A program made the position numbers and the translations under genes. From the NCBI GenBank assembly GCA_001244265.2, contig CDLV01000011.1:682001-746000 (forward strand): a DNA stretch of 64,000 nt. Reading direction: 5' to 3'. Within the stretch, counting starts at the first letter, position 1. Each line of letters begins with the position of its first letter. Positions 1 through 13,098 of the stretch are shown in pieces. The notes under the pieces were generated by a model, which was not told the origin of the DNA, ran no database searches, and worked only from the letters and a program-made list of their open reading frames with translations. Source of the DNA: Microbotryum violaceum. Taxonomy: Eukaryota.

Positions 1-814
1 CGACAAGTCAATTTATAATTTTAGTCGTTGTCTTACCGAAGCCTTTACCGAAGACGCATGGCTCACGGGGCGCTACATTGCGCTCGAGCATGAAAAAGCG
101 GAACTCTTGTTGCCACCTCGACGGCGCGCGGCCCGGGCTGCGCAATTGGAGAAGAGAAACGGTGTGCGTGAGGAACGTCGATCACCGGCCGCTAATGATT
201 ATTTCGGAGCATAAGCTCAGTTGTGATTGTGCGGTGGATCAACATTAGACTCTCCTATCTGGCGCGCGTGCGGGGTACCTCGGCATTCACATCCAGGCTG
301 GGAAGCCCCACTGCATTTCTTTTTGAGGGACTCGGATGAGGTGATGAAAACGTTCGTAGCGCAAAGGATGGATTGTCAGGCTCGTGAGAAGTAGTCATTA
401 TGTAAGAATTTTGCACCGATGGAAAAGGTGAACAGGAACGAGATGCATCCACCATCAGAATGGAGGCAGCCCGGTGACCGGCTGGTACCCACAGGCTGGC
501 CGGCACACTTTCAGAGCATTGCAATAGTGCGGTTTGCACAGTGACATGGGAAAGCCTGATGAAAGTCTGCAAAAAGTCATCTTAGAGTTCGCAGTTGGCT
601 CTCTGCGCCGGGACTTCATTTATGCAGCTGGTAATATGACCAGCTAGTTCGGTCCCACATGTGATAAAGGAGGCTTGTAGAGGCAAAATGTGTAGTGGCA
701 GCTTAGTGGGGCTTAGTGGCCGGGGAAAAACCGGGCACGTCGCGTCGACGTCCCTAACTCGTTGTACAGACGCCGTACGAGTCAGTACACCCGCCGCCTC
801 TTCTCAGCTCTGTC

Positions 815-2171
815 ATGAATTATCGACGTCTGAACAAAGTCTCAACCTTTGGCGACTTGCTTCATAGCATCTTCCCGCCCGGCCGCGAGATCATCAGTGG
901 CCTCCTTGCGAATTCGACGTGGTCGCCTGACTCACTCCTAACATACGTATTGCAGCGCCCGCCTGGCGAGCGACTCCCTGAGAATCCTTTGGCTTTTGCG
1001 CTCTGCGACCCAAACATCGTCGACCGAGCACCGAGCACTGTCGGCTCTCGAAAGTGGGCTAGCTCGAGAGGGTCTTTCGCACGATTCCATTCTCCCGATC
1101 GAAGCGACGAGCAACGTCCACGTGTTCTACACCCATGGCGGCCTTGACCCTCGGCAATCACAACAACAGCAGTGGGCACGCTTGGACGGCTTCTCGACTA
1201 TGTTCCTGCCGATTCTGATGCAATTGATGCAATTCGTCGGTGGATCCGCAGTGTTCGAGCCCTCAATGCTGACGGAATGCCTCGGGCAGCCACTGCACTG
1301 GCTGGCAGAGGGTGGGGGGGGCGTTGTTCAATGTTGCCCTTGGCGAAAACCATCGTCAACGAGAGGATGAGTACCCGGTCTTCAGAACTTCTCTCAGCTT
1401 GGTTCTCGAATCAACCGCAATTGAAAAGCTTGAGCTCCTTTACGAGCACGAGGCAGCTTCGAGCGTTGACGAGGGGATGTCACCCTCGCCAGCCCCTGGT
1501 CGCGGAGGGCTCATCGACATGCGCATCCTCGATGCTCAGGGCAAAGACCAAACACTGGAAGAGGTTTCAGCGATGGTGGCACAAGTGAGCTATGAGTGGG
1601 GGAAAGAACGTCAAGCTCAGTCTTCTCACTCGTGTTTACTTTTCGGTACCTCGGTAGATGTCACTGCATATTCTGCACGCCGCTCACGGACGTTCCGGAT
1701 TGTTCTATGCGGCGCTTTATTTCATTGTTGTCGAGCTTGGTGAGTCCGGTCCATGCCTTTCCAATGTGGACTCGGCCCGCAGCTATGGTACACAGATTTT
1801 TGACGAGCTGTCTACTGACATCGCCAACTTCGGTCATGGATGGGAAGGCGTTCCTCTTGTACGACACCTTGGACTCTGCTAAATTTTGCGAGAGTGCGCG
1901 GGCGGGAAGTCCGATATATAAAGTCGAGGTGAACGAACCGAGGTCGCAAAAAGGGAGCACCAGGAAACCACTTGAAAACGTGAAGCGGGTGATCCTCCCG
2001 CCGACGAGGCGGTTGTACCATTCAGGGGTGACTGGCACAGTGCCGGAGCCGACGATTGATGCGACGCGCGTCGGAGTAGAAGCACCCAACGGTTGGGAGC
2101 CCTTCCGACCGGAGAACGCGCAAAGCTTGAAGAAGCCCCTTACTGTAATGAGCCTTACATCACCAGTCTGA
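815..2171 (+). pseudogene. Frameshifted paralogue of the N-terminal (non-kinase) half of the kinase-like genes at 6626-8992 and 13099-15374
   Basis: Fragments in three frames align by eye with the gene at 13099-15374: DPNIVDR/DPTLIDR, ALESGLAR/GLRQGLER, LIDMR/ALDMR and exon MSLHILHAAHGRSGLFYAALYFIVVELG vs MMLQIDAVANGRFGLYWAAPYFILTELG, with the same flanking intron positions. No kinase motifs precede the stop at 2171. Confidence 0.6.
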
Positions 2172-2439
2172 TCGGATGCCTACAGGCGGGACGAACATAG
2201 AGCGCTGTCCCGACCAGTTGTTTCTCAAAACGCGCACATCCATTTGCGTCATACCCGCTCTTCTGTACTCTCGTTCGTCTCGTGCCGGGTGAACGAGATC
2301 GATATCATTCCTCGCCCTCTCTCACCCCCGCACTCAACCTCATGGTCTTACAAAAATTGTTGTACGTTAACTGCTCCGTCTCTCTCTGTCCTCTGCAAGG
2401 TTCTCTCCTTGCCCTATCGTTCGCATGCGGTCGGAGTGC

Positions 2440-3463
2440 TCAGAGAGCGAGAAGAGCCAAGGTCGAAGCGACGGAGGCACCAATCACGGCGTAACCGGCG
2501 GCGTAGGAGGTCTTGAGGTCGAGGACTGAATCGAGCAACACGTTTCAAACGCGTCAGCCCCCAGAAGGATGATGAATCGGATGACCCTGCACGTTCGCGA
2601 GCTTCCCACTCGGACCCTCGAACATCCGTCACATACCCCACTACTCACATTTTCCGCTATCCCACGACAAATGCCTCAAGCCGTTAATGGTGTGGTACGA
2701 CATGGCGCCGCCCAAGGCGGTTTTGGTCGTCAATTTGAACCACTCGGGCAGGTCGGCGACGAACTGGACCATCGTCGCCGAGTCGAGGCCCGCGAGATGC
2801 GACAGGAACGCAGCGTAGAAGACTGTGTGTGATGAGCGGGACGAGTTTAGTTGGTTGCGTCTTTGGCGGGAACCCTTCGGTAAGTGGAATTTGCGGGCAA
2901 AGTGGGGGGGGGCGTCGTGGTTGCTCTCCCCCATCTCTTGCTGCCATCGCGGACCAATGAGCATCGACGCGATGGGCCACCCCCCGCCTCGGCAGTCTCG
3001 CCCGAGTTTAAACCGAGCTGGACGCGTTTAACATACCAGTAGTCAAGCCGACGCCGGTCGCACGGTTCGCGATCGAGGACATGGACGTCAATTGGGGCTG
3101 GTAGATGTGCCAAGGCGAGTTGGGTCGGAGAGCTCGTTGCTTGTTGAGCAGGTCGAGGTTCTGTTCCGAGGTGAGCGATTGCGTCGAGACGGGTCTGAGT
3201 GGAGGAGGGGAGGACATACGTGAGCTATTGCTGGGTGGCTGGGGATGTGTGATTCGGAGGAGAGGCTTACCGACTCGCTGCGATGGTCGCAGGTCGCAAG
3301 AGACCCCTTCGGAGGACCATACCTGTTGCAGGTGTGCGGCAGTGGGATGCAAGCCGCGGGTCAGCGATCGGACTACTGCACACATGCCCCCGTAGAGAGC
3401 TACATCCTCCGACACAGCCCGAGCCCAATTCCGCTACTTACGGGATGTGTTTTGGAGCGACAT
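2440..3463 (-). CDS. SDH3: Succinate dehydrogenase cytochrome b560 subunit (multi-exon)
   Basis: Spliced translation contains LNKQRALRPNSPWHIYQPQLTSMSSIANRATGVGL, YHTINGLRHLSWDSG and a C-terminal TM exon LDLKTSYAAGYAVIGASVASTLALLAL*. ATG at 3463 is followed shortly by a GTAAGT donor. Confidence 0.93.
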
Positions 3464-3838
3464 GACGGACGAGCTGTGCGTGGTGTGGGGTACGAGAGAG
3501 GTCGGGACTCGAAAGGAGGCCTCAGACTCGCCCACCCTGGCAGCCGGCAGCCCCCGGCCGCACCCGATCGGGAATTTCCCAACTTCCGAGCCGAAATGGG
3601 TACGTAGGTTGGTGCCAGCAGAGTTATTCATTTTATGTCATTTTATCTCCTGTCAAACTCTTCAAAATAACGGCAAGTTTTTTTTGGCCGTGCTCTCAAA
3701 ATATTCCCCCGCTGACCGACGCCCGGCGACCGATCGACTTGAAGCCGGAGCAGACGGCCGCTTCGCACGCTCACCTTGTCAGCTCGTACGTCGACCTACT
3801 CGTCGGCCACACACCTCACCGTGTGGATTCCGCCCTAC

Positions 3839-5593
3839 ATGACCGAGTCTACTCCCGTAGCATCGACCTCGTTCACCCCTCCACCGACCCTCACCTCGAA
3901 ACAACGTCGTCAACGCAAAGTACCGCAAACGACCGCGCCTTCGAACGATTCGGCCTTTCGCACCTCCGAGAGGTATTGGAAGAACCGATCGCAAGCTTTG
4001 GACTTTGGGAGGGCGTTGTCTTACGAGAGGATACGGTGGGATCAGCATCGCAAAGGGGAGAAGGAGCGAGTGCGTGGTGTTTGGGAGGATGGACAGGGGT
4101 TGAGCTTGGAGTGTTTTAGGATTCGGCTGAGGCCCGACGAGGAGGGTGTGCTCGGTCACAAGAAGGGGAAGGGGAAACAGGTGGAGAAGGAAGAGAAAGG
4201 GGACACTTGTGATTATGCGGTCATCATCCCTAGCATGCCAGGTGAGCCTCCAAAATCATTTCACCCCCTCCCCGCACTCGCACTTGTGATCCGGTGCTCA
4301 TCCTCGCTGTCCTCCTCCTCCTCCTTAGGCATCATACTCTTCCCCTCCATCCTCCCACCCGCACTCCAACGGTCCCTGGTCCGTGAATCCCTCCGGCATT
4401 CCGTCTCCCCGAACCTCACCTCCCTTTCCCCGCACTACGATCTACCCCTCGAAGGGATCTGGAACGCTCTGGAAGCGGGTCAGGGGGGAAGACTTTGTAA
4501 GAGGATCTCGCCCAAGAGTGATGGGACTATTGGGAGGGATCAAGTCAATTTCGAGCCTGTTACGAAGGGTAATTGGAAGGACGAGATTGGCAGGGGGGAG
4601 AAGGACAAGGATAAAGAGAACATCCTCGTCGTTCCCCCTCCACTGCCCAAGAAGGAACTCGTGACTCCCATCGACGTAGCAACCCCGGCAGCGGCAGCGG
4701 ACTATACGGTCCATGACCTCCTCACCAAATTACGTTGGACAACGATAGGCTGGAACTACGACTGGACCTCCAAAGTCTACAACTTCTCTCTACCGCATTC
4801 GAATCTACCTCCTTTGATCCATCGGTGTTGCAAGGAAGCTGTACGACGTGTTGATTGGGATCAGGTTTTCGAGGGGACAGGCGAGGGGGAACTGCATGAG
4901 GGGGGAGGGAAGGTCTGGGACATGTGGAGAGAGGAGTATGAACCGGATGCGGGAATTGTCAACTTTGTCAGTCTTGTGGAAGTTCGGGCTTATTCTGTGA
5001 ATGGTGGACCTGATGAGCGGCGACGATATAGTACCAATTGAGGGACACCTTGACCGCCCACATTGATCATTCCGAACTGGACGCCGTCCAACCGCTTGTT
5101 TCATTCAGGTACGCAGTCCATCCCCAAAAGTGTGCTACAACCCGAAGACGTGAGCACAAGTAGCTCAACCCCACTCCCCTTTTTGTTGCCTCTTGCCTTG
5201 CACAGCATTGGCCATTCCGCCATCTTCCTCATCGGCGGACTGACAAGGGATGTCACACCCCTTGCGATTGAGCTTCAATCAGGGGACGGGTTGATCATGT
5301 CGGGTCAGAGAGGACGGAGGGTCTTCCATGGTCAGTCTGGGTAGCGATGCGCACGAAAGAAAACCTCCTATCTGCGGACGCTGACTCTATTCCCCGCTTC
5401 TTCGCCTACCAAATGGTACCCAACAGGTGTTCCGCGAATTCTCTCCGACACGTTGCCACCCTACCTATCCAGTACCCTGAACCTTGAAGGGGAAGAAGGA
5501 CAAGAGGAAGATGACTGGAAGTTGTTTGGCGAGTTCTTGGAAATGGGCGCGAGGATCAACTTCAATGTTCGCACGGTGGGGTATACGGAATGA
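3839..5593 (+). CDS. AlkB-family 2OG-Fe(II) dioxygenase, ALKBH1-like (multi-exon)
   Basis: KLRWTTIGWNYDW, PDAGIVNFYQLRDTLTAHIDHSE (HxD), SGDGLIMSG..RRVFHGVPRI (distal His), RINFNVR (RxxxxxR). Confidence 0.92.
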
Positions 5594-6625
5594 TCGGGAT
5601 GTGTAGACTGGTGTTTGGAATGGGATGATCGCGGCCTGAATCCTTGGAGACCCAGTTCTGCATGCACGTTATTTGACCCTTGTCAATGCAGGTTTCGCCG
5701 TGCCCCACAAAGTGCTCAACGCTGCCACAGTACCCCCTCGAGAAAGTCATCAAATTACCTCCGAGTTATTCCCACTCCTCCCCTGGGCACCTCTACCCCT
5801 CCCTCCTCCACCATAGCCTTATTTCAAGTCGGCCGAGGGGCACCTGCCAGTACTTAGTACTGTGGAAAGGCTCAAAACCAAAGTTGGCTGCGCGCTCAGC
5901 AAGACCGTCCACTGAATTCTTCGGGAAGAACGATGAACCATACGATTTTGGATCCCCTCGATATCGAGTGTGCGTCAGCTGTCACGGTGGACTCCACTGC
6001 AGCAGTGCAGTGGAGATGTGGGGGGTCCGATCGCCGTTACTCGGGATATCGACTGCTCGGAGTTCCGCCGTCGTCTGTGCTTCGTGGGTGGATTGTGTCA
6101 GCATGCCGTTTCCAAGAGTCTGTAGTGATTACGATCTTGACGATCTCATGGATGTTTCCCCGCCGGCCCTTCATACCGCGCAGGAACTACTAAGGGTCGC
6201 AAGAGGTTCAACCTCCGAGTTCATGTTTTCGGTCGACGAGATCGACCCACTGCAGGACCCGGGAAAGCTTAGCCCAATGTACACGGTCTCGGAGATTTGT
6301 ACTTCTCGGGCCAATTCGCGCCTTGTAGCATGATAAACGAGGTATTTTTCGACAGTTATTTTAATAGTACTCGAAATTTGGTCTTGCTCCGGATTACATA
6401 CACCCCGTGAACAGGGATATTCGGCGTACAAATCAGTCCAAAAACGCCGTTTTCCGAGACGCACCTTGGGCTGAGCTTTCCCGGGTCCTGCCACTGCCCG
6501 CTTCCCGGTGATTTAATGGGATCCCCTTCATTGAACGGAAAGTCATTTGCAAAGCGTGATGTCGACGCTTACCTTCATGATCTATCTGAACACCTCACAC
6601 TAGACACCCTTCGAAACTGATCTCA

Positions 6626-8992
6626 TCAAATGCGCACGCTGGGGCGCTGCGAACGCGGATTGAAGTCGAGCGTGGCCACATTCCAGTCGATCAGACATAG
6701 CGACCCATCCTCACGTAGCAGAACATTGCGCGGCGCTTGGTCACCATGATGGACGCCTTGACGGATGAACACCCGAAATGCATCACTGCGAATGGCGTCC
6801 ACGGTAGAGGGCCCGGCTCCTGCTATCAGCGGCTCACAGCCTTGAGGCATCGGGGAAAGACATCGTATGAAACACGCACCTAATTCTGAGTTTCAATGCG
6901 GCATTGTAGTCAGCTCTTTCGATTGGTCGTTCTCCGTACCCCAGGACGAGGCAAACGCTACGACCATTGGCACTTCGATACGTTCCGTAATACGGGGGCA
7001 GGTAAGCTCGCGCTCGTTGGGTTAAGAGAGGGAAAACGCGCTCGTAGAAGAGCGATTCTCGAACCGCCGATGCGAGATGGTTCCACGCGAAGAATTTGAT
7101 AACCACCGGCCAGTCGGTAGGGATTGACCGCGTCAGTCCATTGTTGAAACACCGTGTGTCGACCTTCGTCTCTTCCCATGGTGCGACCCTGTTTGGCACG
7201 ACTGCGCTGGGGTCTTCGAGAATCGGCGGCCTCAACTTGCCCGCCCAGACCGAGCTAAACCTACTCAGCGAGAGGTGAAGTGGGGCTTGCAGGACCGGCA
7301 GAGCTCGAGTACCAGCTTGTCCGAGATCCGAAAATGTGAATTGATCCGGTGGGTATTCATCTTCCTCGACATCCTCACAGAGGAAAGCGAGTACGTCGAA
7401 AGAAAGGCTGCTGAGGCGGTGTTTCGACTCGAGGTGCGGCGGCCGCTGGGATCGCCATGGTGCTTCGTCAAACACCTCGAAGGTCACTGCCTGCCAGGTT
7501 TCAAGGCCCCGACGTCCAATGAGTAATGATAGATATTCGGGACTGCGAAATGGTCTGACCGCTCTGTCAGCCGTTCAAGGTCGACGACAAGAACGCCATT
7601 GTGGAAGTATGTCATGCCACTCACTGGGCACGCCGTGGTGTTCAATGTAGCACGCATGACCTGATCCGTACGTCTCAAGACTACTGCAGAAGACGGAGGC
7701 ACCGCATTTCTGACCTTTGTGCGACGTCGCTTGACCGCATGGGGAGCAACCGCATCGTCGTCGAGCTGAACTGGAAGCTGAGCTGGAGGGCACCTCTCTG
7801 GTCCTACCTCAAAAAGAAGTCGAAGTGTGCTGGGCGACGGAGCGGCGACTGGCGTGAGCTGATCAACGACGATCGCGAGAAGCATGAGGGGCAAAGACCC
7901 ATATTCGAAAAGGGAGGGGCTGTGTCGTCCAAAATTGACTTCACCGGCGCCCGTGCGGAACACCCGCGAGAAAAGCAAGCCGATTTCCTGAGGGTTTTGT
8001 GGATCCGCGACTGTGAAAGGAGAGCCATCCGAGAAGGCGAGTAGTACAAGATGCTTGTGAACAGAACCTCTCGCGACGCAAGAGGAGCCTTGGACGCAAG
8101 GACGAGCCGAGCGTTCCACTGACCTGTTTCTGCGATCATACCGAAGTTTGAGCTCAGGATCAGACCGAAGTGCACGGGCAGCTCGTTCTCGCCAGGAGTC
8201 GTATCCGAGGGAGGCCGCGAAGCAGCAGACTCCATCATGAAAGCCAGCTGCAGATCAAACGTCAAAGAATGAATACTCTGTCCGTGAGATACGCAATAAC
8301 ACACTGACCTTGTTCAGCATCGCCTGAGCACCATAACTGGTCCTATCCGAGTCGAGAGGAAACGGCTCGCCGTCCTTGTCGAGATGAAAGAGGCACCCAG
8401 TGAACAAGTTGGGCTCTGGGCCGCAACGGAGGAAATTCGCATCGTCTTCAAACAGGATCGGTATTTGGCTGCAGGATCGTCCATCAGATCTTGTGATGAC
8501 CACAGTGACGCCAGAGGGATGGGGTGGCTTTTCCGTGCAGAGCTTGACACGGAGTCGAGTCCCCCAGCTCTCGGTTGACCCGGAGGTAGCCAGCTTCTTG
8601 TGATACTGCTCCTCCAGGAAGTGCAGTAGAGGCTTCAACGCATGTTTGCGCAGACTGTCCACGAAAACGAGGTGGTCCGCGATCGATTGGGGTGGGTAAC
8701 AGCGCTCGAGCTCGTGTTTCGTGACCTCGCGGGTTTTCGCGAGCAAGCTGTCTGCGAGGTCGTGCTCATTGAGAAAGTTGGACAACGACTGCTCCATACG
8801 CATCTCCAGCGTGGGGTCCTTCAGTGCCATGCTGGGACGACGAAGGCCGGGTAAGTTGGGAAAAGCCTCGAATGCCTCTGTGGTATCGATTGGGAGGGGA
8901 GCGACATCGTCCCGAGGCGATCCCGTCGAAGGTGACGGCGCATCGATAGGATGCAAGGCGAAATCAGGATGCTTAAAGTCGACGGTCCACAT
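6626..8992 (-). pseudogene. Lineage-specific protein with C-terminal atypical protein-kinase-like domain; apparent frameshift near 7487
   Basis: VVIKF..ESLFYE..LPPYYGTY..LVLGYG, then HHGDQAPRNVLL..CLIDW (HxD-x4-N and DW motifs). ORFs 7484-8119 and 6834-7487 overlap in different frames with no clear intron. The 5' end is uncertain. Confidence 0.65.
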
Positions 8993-9810
8993 GACGTATA
9001 CGAAAAGACTGGCACCTATCTTTCGCGAAAGACAAGGAACTGACGGAACAAGGCTCGAACGACAGGCACGACCAGTGGGCGAGTCGCTGAATCAGAGAAG
9101 CGCCGCTTCACAACCCACGCGACTAACAGGCTATGAGTCGATGCGACTCATAATAATGTTGCGAGGCGCTGGACGCGAAGAAGCGTTAGGTCGCAGGTGG
9201 TGCGTTGTATGCTCGAGTTCTGGATGTCACCGTGGGGGTGTGGCGACGCGTCGATGCGTACTAGTGCGCGCGTCGTGGCTGGTCGTGGCGCGACGTATCC
9301 GAGTCTATCGATGCGGCAAGTGACGATCTATATAGACGCGGCACGTTACTTTGCACTCAGGCAGGTACTTCAAGCAGGTTGGTCCAGGCGCTGAAATTCG
9401 AGAGCAAAGTTGTGTCCTGTCAATCGGGTCGGATATTCGGGCGCGACGGCCTTTGTCGATCAGAGCGAATCAGACAAACGCAAGAAAAAGGGTCTCCTAT
9501 CTGTCGATGCTGTTCCTGTTCCTCGCTCCTCAGCGCATCATTTGTGATTGGTATCCCCCGGATGCTCTCCGAGACGTCATCGCCCTACCTATTCAGCACC
9601 TCGGACTTGACGGAACAGGACACGAAAAATTGATCAGGACTATGAACCTTTTCGCGAATTCTCGGAAACACTTTTTCGTCTCGAGAATACGGGTTGCGCC
9701 TGTGTTCAAGCTCTTCTCTGGCTCAATACCAGCGTCTGTGCATGTGTCGAGGTGTTGAGAACATGTATTGCGTTTCTTACATACCCCCTCCCTCTACCGT
9801 GAAAATCCGA

Positions 9811-10561
9811 TCAAGCCTGCACTTTGCCCTCGGACGTGCCCGTACTCCGCTCGCCAGCCAATCCCATCGTCACCGCCTCCTGCATCAAACCCCGTAGTTC
9901 GTCACCCTCTTGCACTCTCTCTTCCCACTCCCCTCTAGCCCTCTCGACATCGACCAGGCCAAAGTAGCGACTCCTGCCCATCTCCTTGACGTCCCTCGGC
10001 AACTTCTCCTCCCTCCCCTCCGTGCAAATACCAATCAACCTCCTCTCTTTACCGCGAACTAGGTCGGTGTAGTAGTGAACGAACCCGGGGACGAGGGCGA
10101 ACAAGGTGTAGTCTTTGCCTCTTGCGACGTGTTGACCTGGGTGGAAAGTCGTACCTCGTTGACGGACGAGGATGGAACCGGCTGAGACAAGTTGGCCTGA
10201 GAAGGGGAAGGGGGGAGGAAGAGAGAGTGTCAGATCGAATTGAAAAGATGGAGTTGTGAATATCAAGTCTGTGACGGACCTGCATACCGCTTGACGCCCA
10301 AACGTTTACCGATCGAGTTACGTCCGTTCTTGGACGACCCACCGCCACGCTTGGTAGCGGTTCGGACTTGGATGAGACCTGTCAAGATGTGAGAAAGTTC
10401 AGCTTTGTTGTGTGTGCATGGTTCGGGCTGTGTGCTGCGCTACGGTAGTGTAGTTGCGTACCTGGTAAAGGCGTAGCGATGAAACTGGATCGGATCACGG
10501 AGGTCGAAGGGAGAGCAGAGAGGGACGGTCGTACAAGGGAGGAGAAGAGGGACCGCAACAT
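9811..10561 (-). CDS. MRP7: Mitochondrial ribosomal protein bL27m (multi-exon)
   Basis: Presequence-like [13 protein letters not shown].., then [23 protein letters not shown] and [29 protein letters not shown] (L27 signature). Confidence 0.93.
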
Positions 10562-10701
10562 GGCGAAGGGAGTATCGGAGAGTGTTTGACACGATCCAGA
10601 AGGGCGGGATGAGCGCGAGTCGGGATCCAAGTGTCCTGGACGGAGGAAGAAGCGCGGTTGAAGCCTGTCGAAGCTGGCCTGGAGCTTGCCGCGGTCTTGC
10701 G

Positions 10702-10729
10702 CTCGGACCTCGGACCTCGGACCTCGGAC
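10702..10729. repeat. (CTCGGAC)x4 tandem repeat in the MRP7/PRP38 divergent intergenic region
   Basis: Read directly from the sequence. Confidence 0.9.
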
Positions 10730-10963
10730 TGGCGGAGACGCAGCGCTGGGCCAAGCTGAGCCAGGCTGAGTTGTCGAGAGCTTGCGAGATCGAGGTCAGT
10801 CGGCACGCGTGGACTTTCTCGGTTGACATCTCTCAAACATACCATACGCGCTCACGCCGGACCATCCTACTCGCAACGACACTCCGTACTTGATCAACAG
10901 TATTCCCCCCGTTCGCCGTCACCATCCAACCCCCACCCACAGCTGAGCTAAGCCCACACGACC

Positions 10964-12317
10964 ATGGTCAGTTCACTCGAGCTCGTCCCCCACCTGCCTT
11001 GACCTTGCACAAGCGGCTGCTGATCCTCCACCTCGTCATCCTTCCACTCTAGGCAAATACCACTATCCGAGGAGCCCTTTCGATTCATGGCACAAATCCA
11101 CAGGTACGACACCCCCCACCCACCTCCTACCACGTGAACTCGACCGGCTGCTCCGAGCCTGAGCAACCGGGAGCTCACCATTGTGCACGCTCAACTTGAC
11201 CACAGTACCTCATCGAGAAAGTCATCCGAGCGAGGATATACGATTCATTATATTGGAGTGCGTCACAAGCTACGCCCACTCTTTCTCTCGGCACCTCTAC
11301 CCTCCCCTCTCTTCGACCCTCGCCTCGACCCCACTTGACCCCCTCCCCCTCCTTGTCTTCCGCTCATCCCCAACTAACCACCCCACTCTCCCCCGACCCC
11401 GCACAGAGGAACATTGTTTCGCCCTCGACGCCGCAACCGTCATCGACGAAGCCCTGAAACTGCAATACCTAGGCGGGACCTACGCCAATACCCGACCTAC
11501 GGAATTCATGTGCCTTACCCTCAAATTGTTGCAACTTCAACCCGAACGCGAAATCATATTGGAGTATCTAAGGGCCGAGGAGTTCAAGTGCGTTTCTTTC
11601 CGACGAAGGGGGGTGAAGTGTGCAGGTCCTGATAGGTTTTGAGGTGTTCTGGGGGATTTTCGAACAGATATTTGAGAGCACTGGCGGCGTTTTATGTGAG
11701 GTTGACGTTCGACCCTGTCAACGTTTACGAGGTACTCGAACCACTTTTCGACGATTATCGCAAATTACGGACACGAGGAATGGGTACGTCAGAGATCTTG
11801 TACAACTCACAAGTGACGCGTGATTGACGCTTATCTCCACCCCACCCCACTATGCAATGCAGACGGCGCCTACTCCATCACCACCATCGACGAATTCTGC
11901 GATCAACTCCTCTCGGAAGAACGCGTATGCGAAATACAACTACCCCGTCTAACCCAACGTCGCGTATTGGAAGAAACGGAAGGCCTCGCACCTCGTAAAT
12001 CGAAACTAGGTAGAGCATTGGGAGTGCTCAGTTCCGAAGAGGCTCAGAGGAGGGAGGGTGACGAGGGGAGTGATGAGGAGGTGGAAGATGAGCAAGGGAG
12101 GTATTTGTCCCGCTCACCTAGTATGAGTATGTCTCCTGAAGTGGAGGAGGCCGAACCGGAGTATTGGACCGAGGGGAGTGAGGAGGAGGAAGAGGGGGAG
12201 GCAGGCAAAACGGGTAGATTCGTTAGTAAGAGCCCGAGTATGGGGAGTGAGGATGAGGGGAGGTATATCAGCCGCAGTCCGACACCGGAAGGGGAAAGGA
12301 TCGAAGGGGATGTTTGA
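10964..12317 (+). CDS. PRP38: Pre-mRNA splicing factor Prp38 (multi-exon)
   Basis: ATG|intron|ANTTIRGALSIHGTNPQ|YLIEKVIRARIYDSLYWKEHCFAL..PTEFMCLTLKLLQLQPE..KYLRALAAFYVRLT..DYRKLR; acidic/SP-rich tail. Confidence 0.95.
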
Positions 12318-12764
12318 GGTGGTAGGCTCTCATTGCTTTAATAGCTGGAGGCGGAAAGGGTTGCAATGGATCGCTTTTAGGAAAGGTAGATGCCGATCGC
12401 CCAGAAGCGCCGTAACAAACTAGGGAGCGTATCGCTAGGAGGATGTATGTCTATGAACCAAGGTGCAGCTGAACAGCCCAGATCCACTCAATCTTCCTAT
12501 GAAGAGCTGCGAAAAAAGTAGGTCGCCCATAGTTTCCAGGGTATCGCCCGCCCCCGTCGCCGGTTGACCGAGGCGGTCTCGAATTATGCGCAGCACCAAA
12601 GCCCTCGAGTAAGGGACTTGGATCTCCTCGCGGGGTCAGCCCGGCGAGTTGGGTGGCCGGTTCTGCAGACAGAGTGATCATCTCAATAGCGTATTCGAAC
12701 TGAGAATATGTTGCAGTTAAGCTTTGTATTTATTTTATGCGCCGCCTGAGCAGCCGCGACCGCG

Positions 12765-12875
12765 GATCAAAGTCGAGCGTGGTGACATTTCAGTCGATCA
12801 GACACAAGGGCCGATCCCCGCGTAGCAGAACATTGCGCGGCAGTTGGTCACCATGGTGGAAGCCTTGGATGGAAC
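12765..12875 (-). pseudogene. Orphan copy of the last kinase exon of the gene at 6626-8992
   Basis: Nucleotide-level similarity to about 6658-6770 (aagtcgagcgtgg..cagtcgatcagaca..cgtagcagaacattgcgcggc..ttggtcaccatg). Translates as QGFHHGDQLPRNVLLRGDRPLCLID*NVTTLDF. Confidence 0.85.
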
Positions 12876-13098
12876 CATAATGTGTCTAAGTAACAAAGAC
12901 CTCCAAAGTGCTCACGGCTTCGTTGCCAACTTGAGTATCTTGATCAGGGTGGCACTGAAAGTAAAAGCTTGGTCACATGCAATATGAGTGACGACAGACA
13001 ACGAAGAGTAATTCAAGACGAGAGCGGATGCGACTTAACGACACAGTCTAATACGTGATTGCACGGGTGCCAAGTCTGCCCACAGTACAGCCACTTCG

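Noticed and set aside
1-800. Possible transposon end or small gene at the window start
   Set aside because: No TIR partner, TSD or recognisable protein motif is visible.
5680-6333. 217-aa plus-strand ORF after AlkB
   Set aside because: No recognisable domain or convincing splice structure; it may be a decayed fragment but cannot be supported.
9132-9152. Perfect 9-bp-stem palindrome TATGAGTCG-ATG-CGACTCATA
   Set aside because: A single short hairpin with no second copy or context; plausible by chance.
9351-9758. Short ORF between the kinase-like gene and MRP7
   Set aside because: No identifiable family, and no clear start or exon structure.
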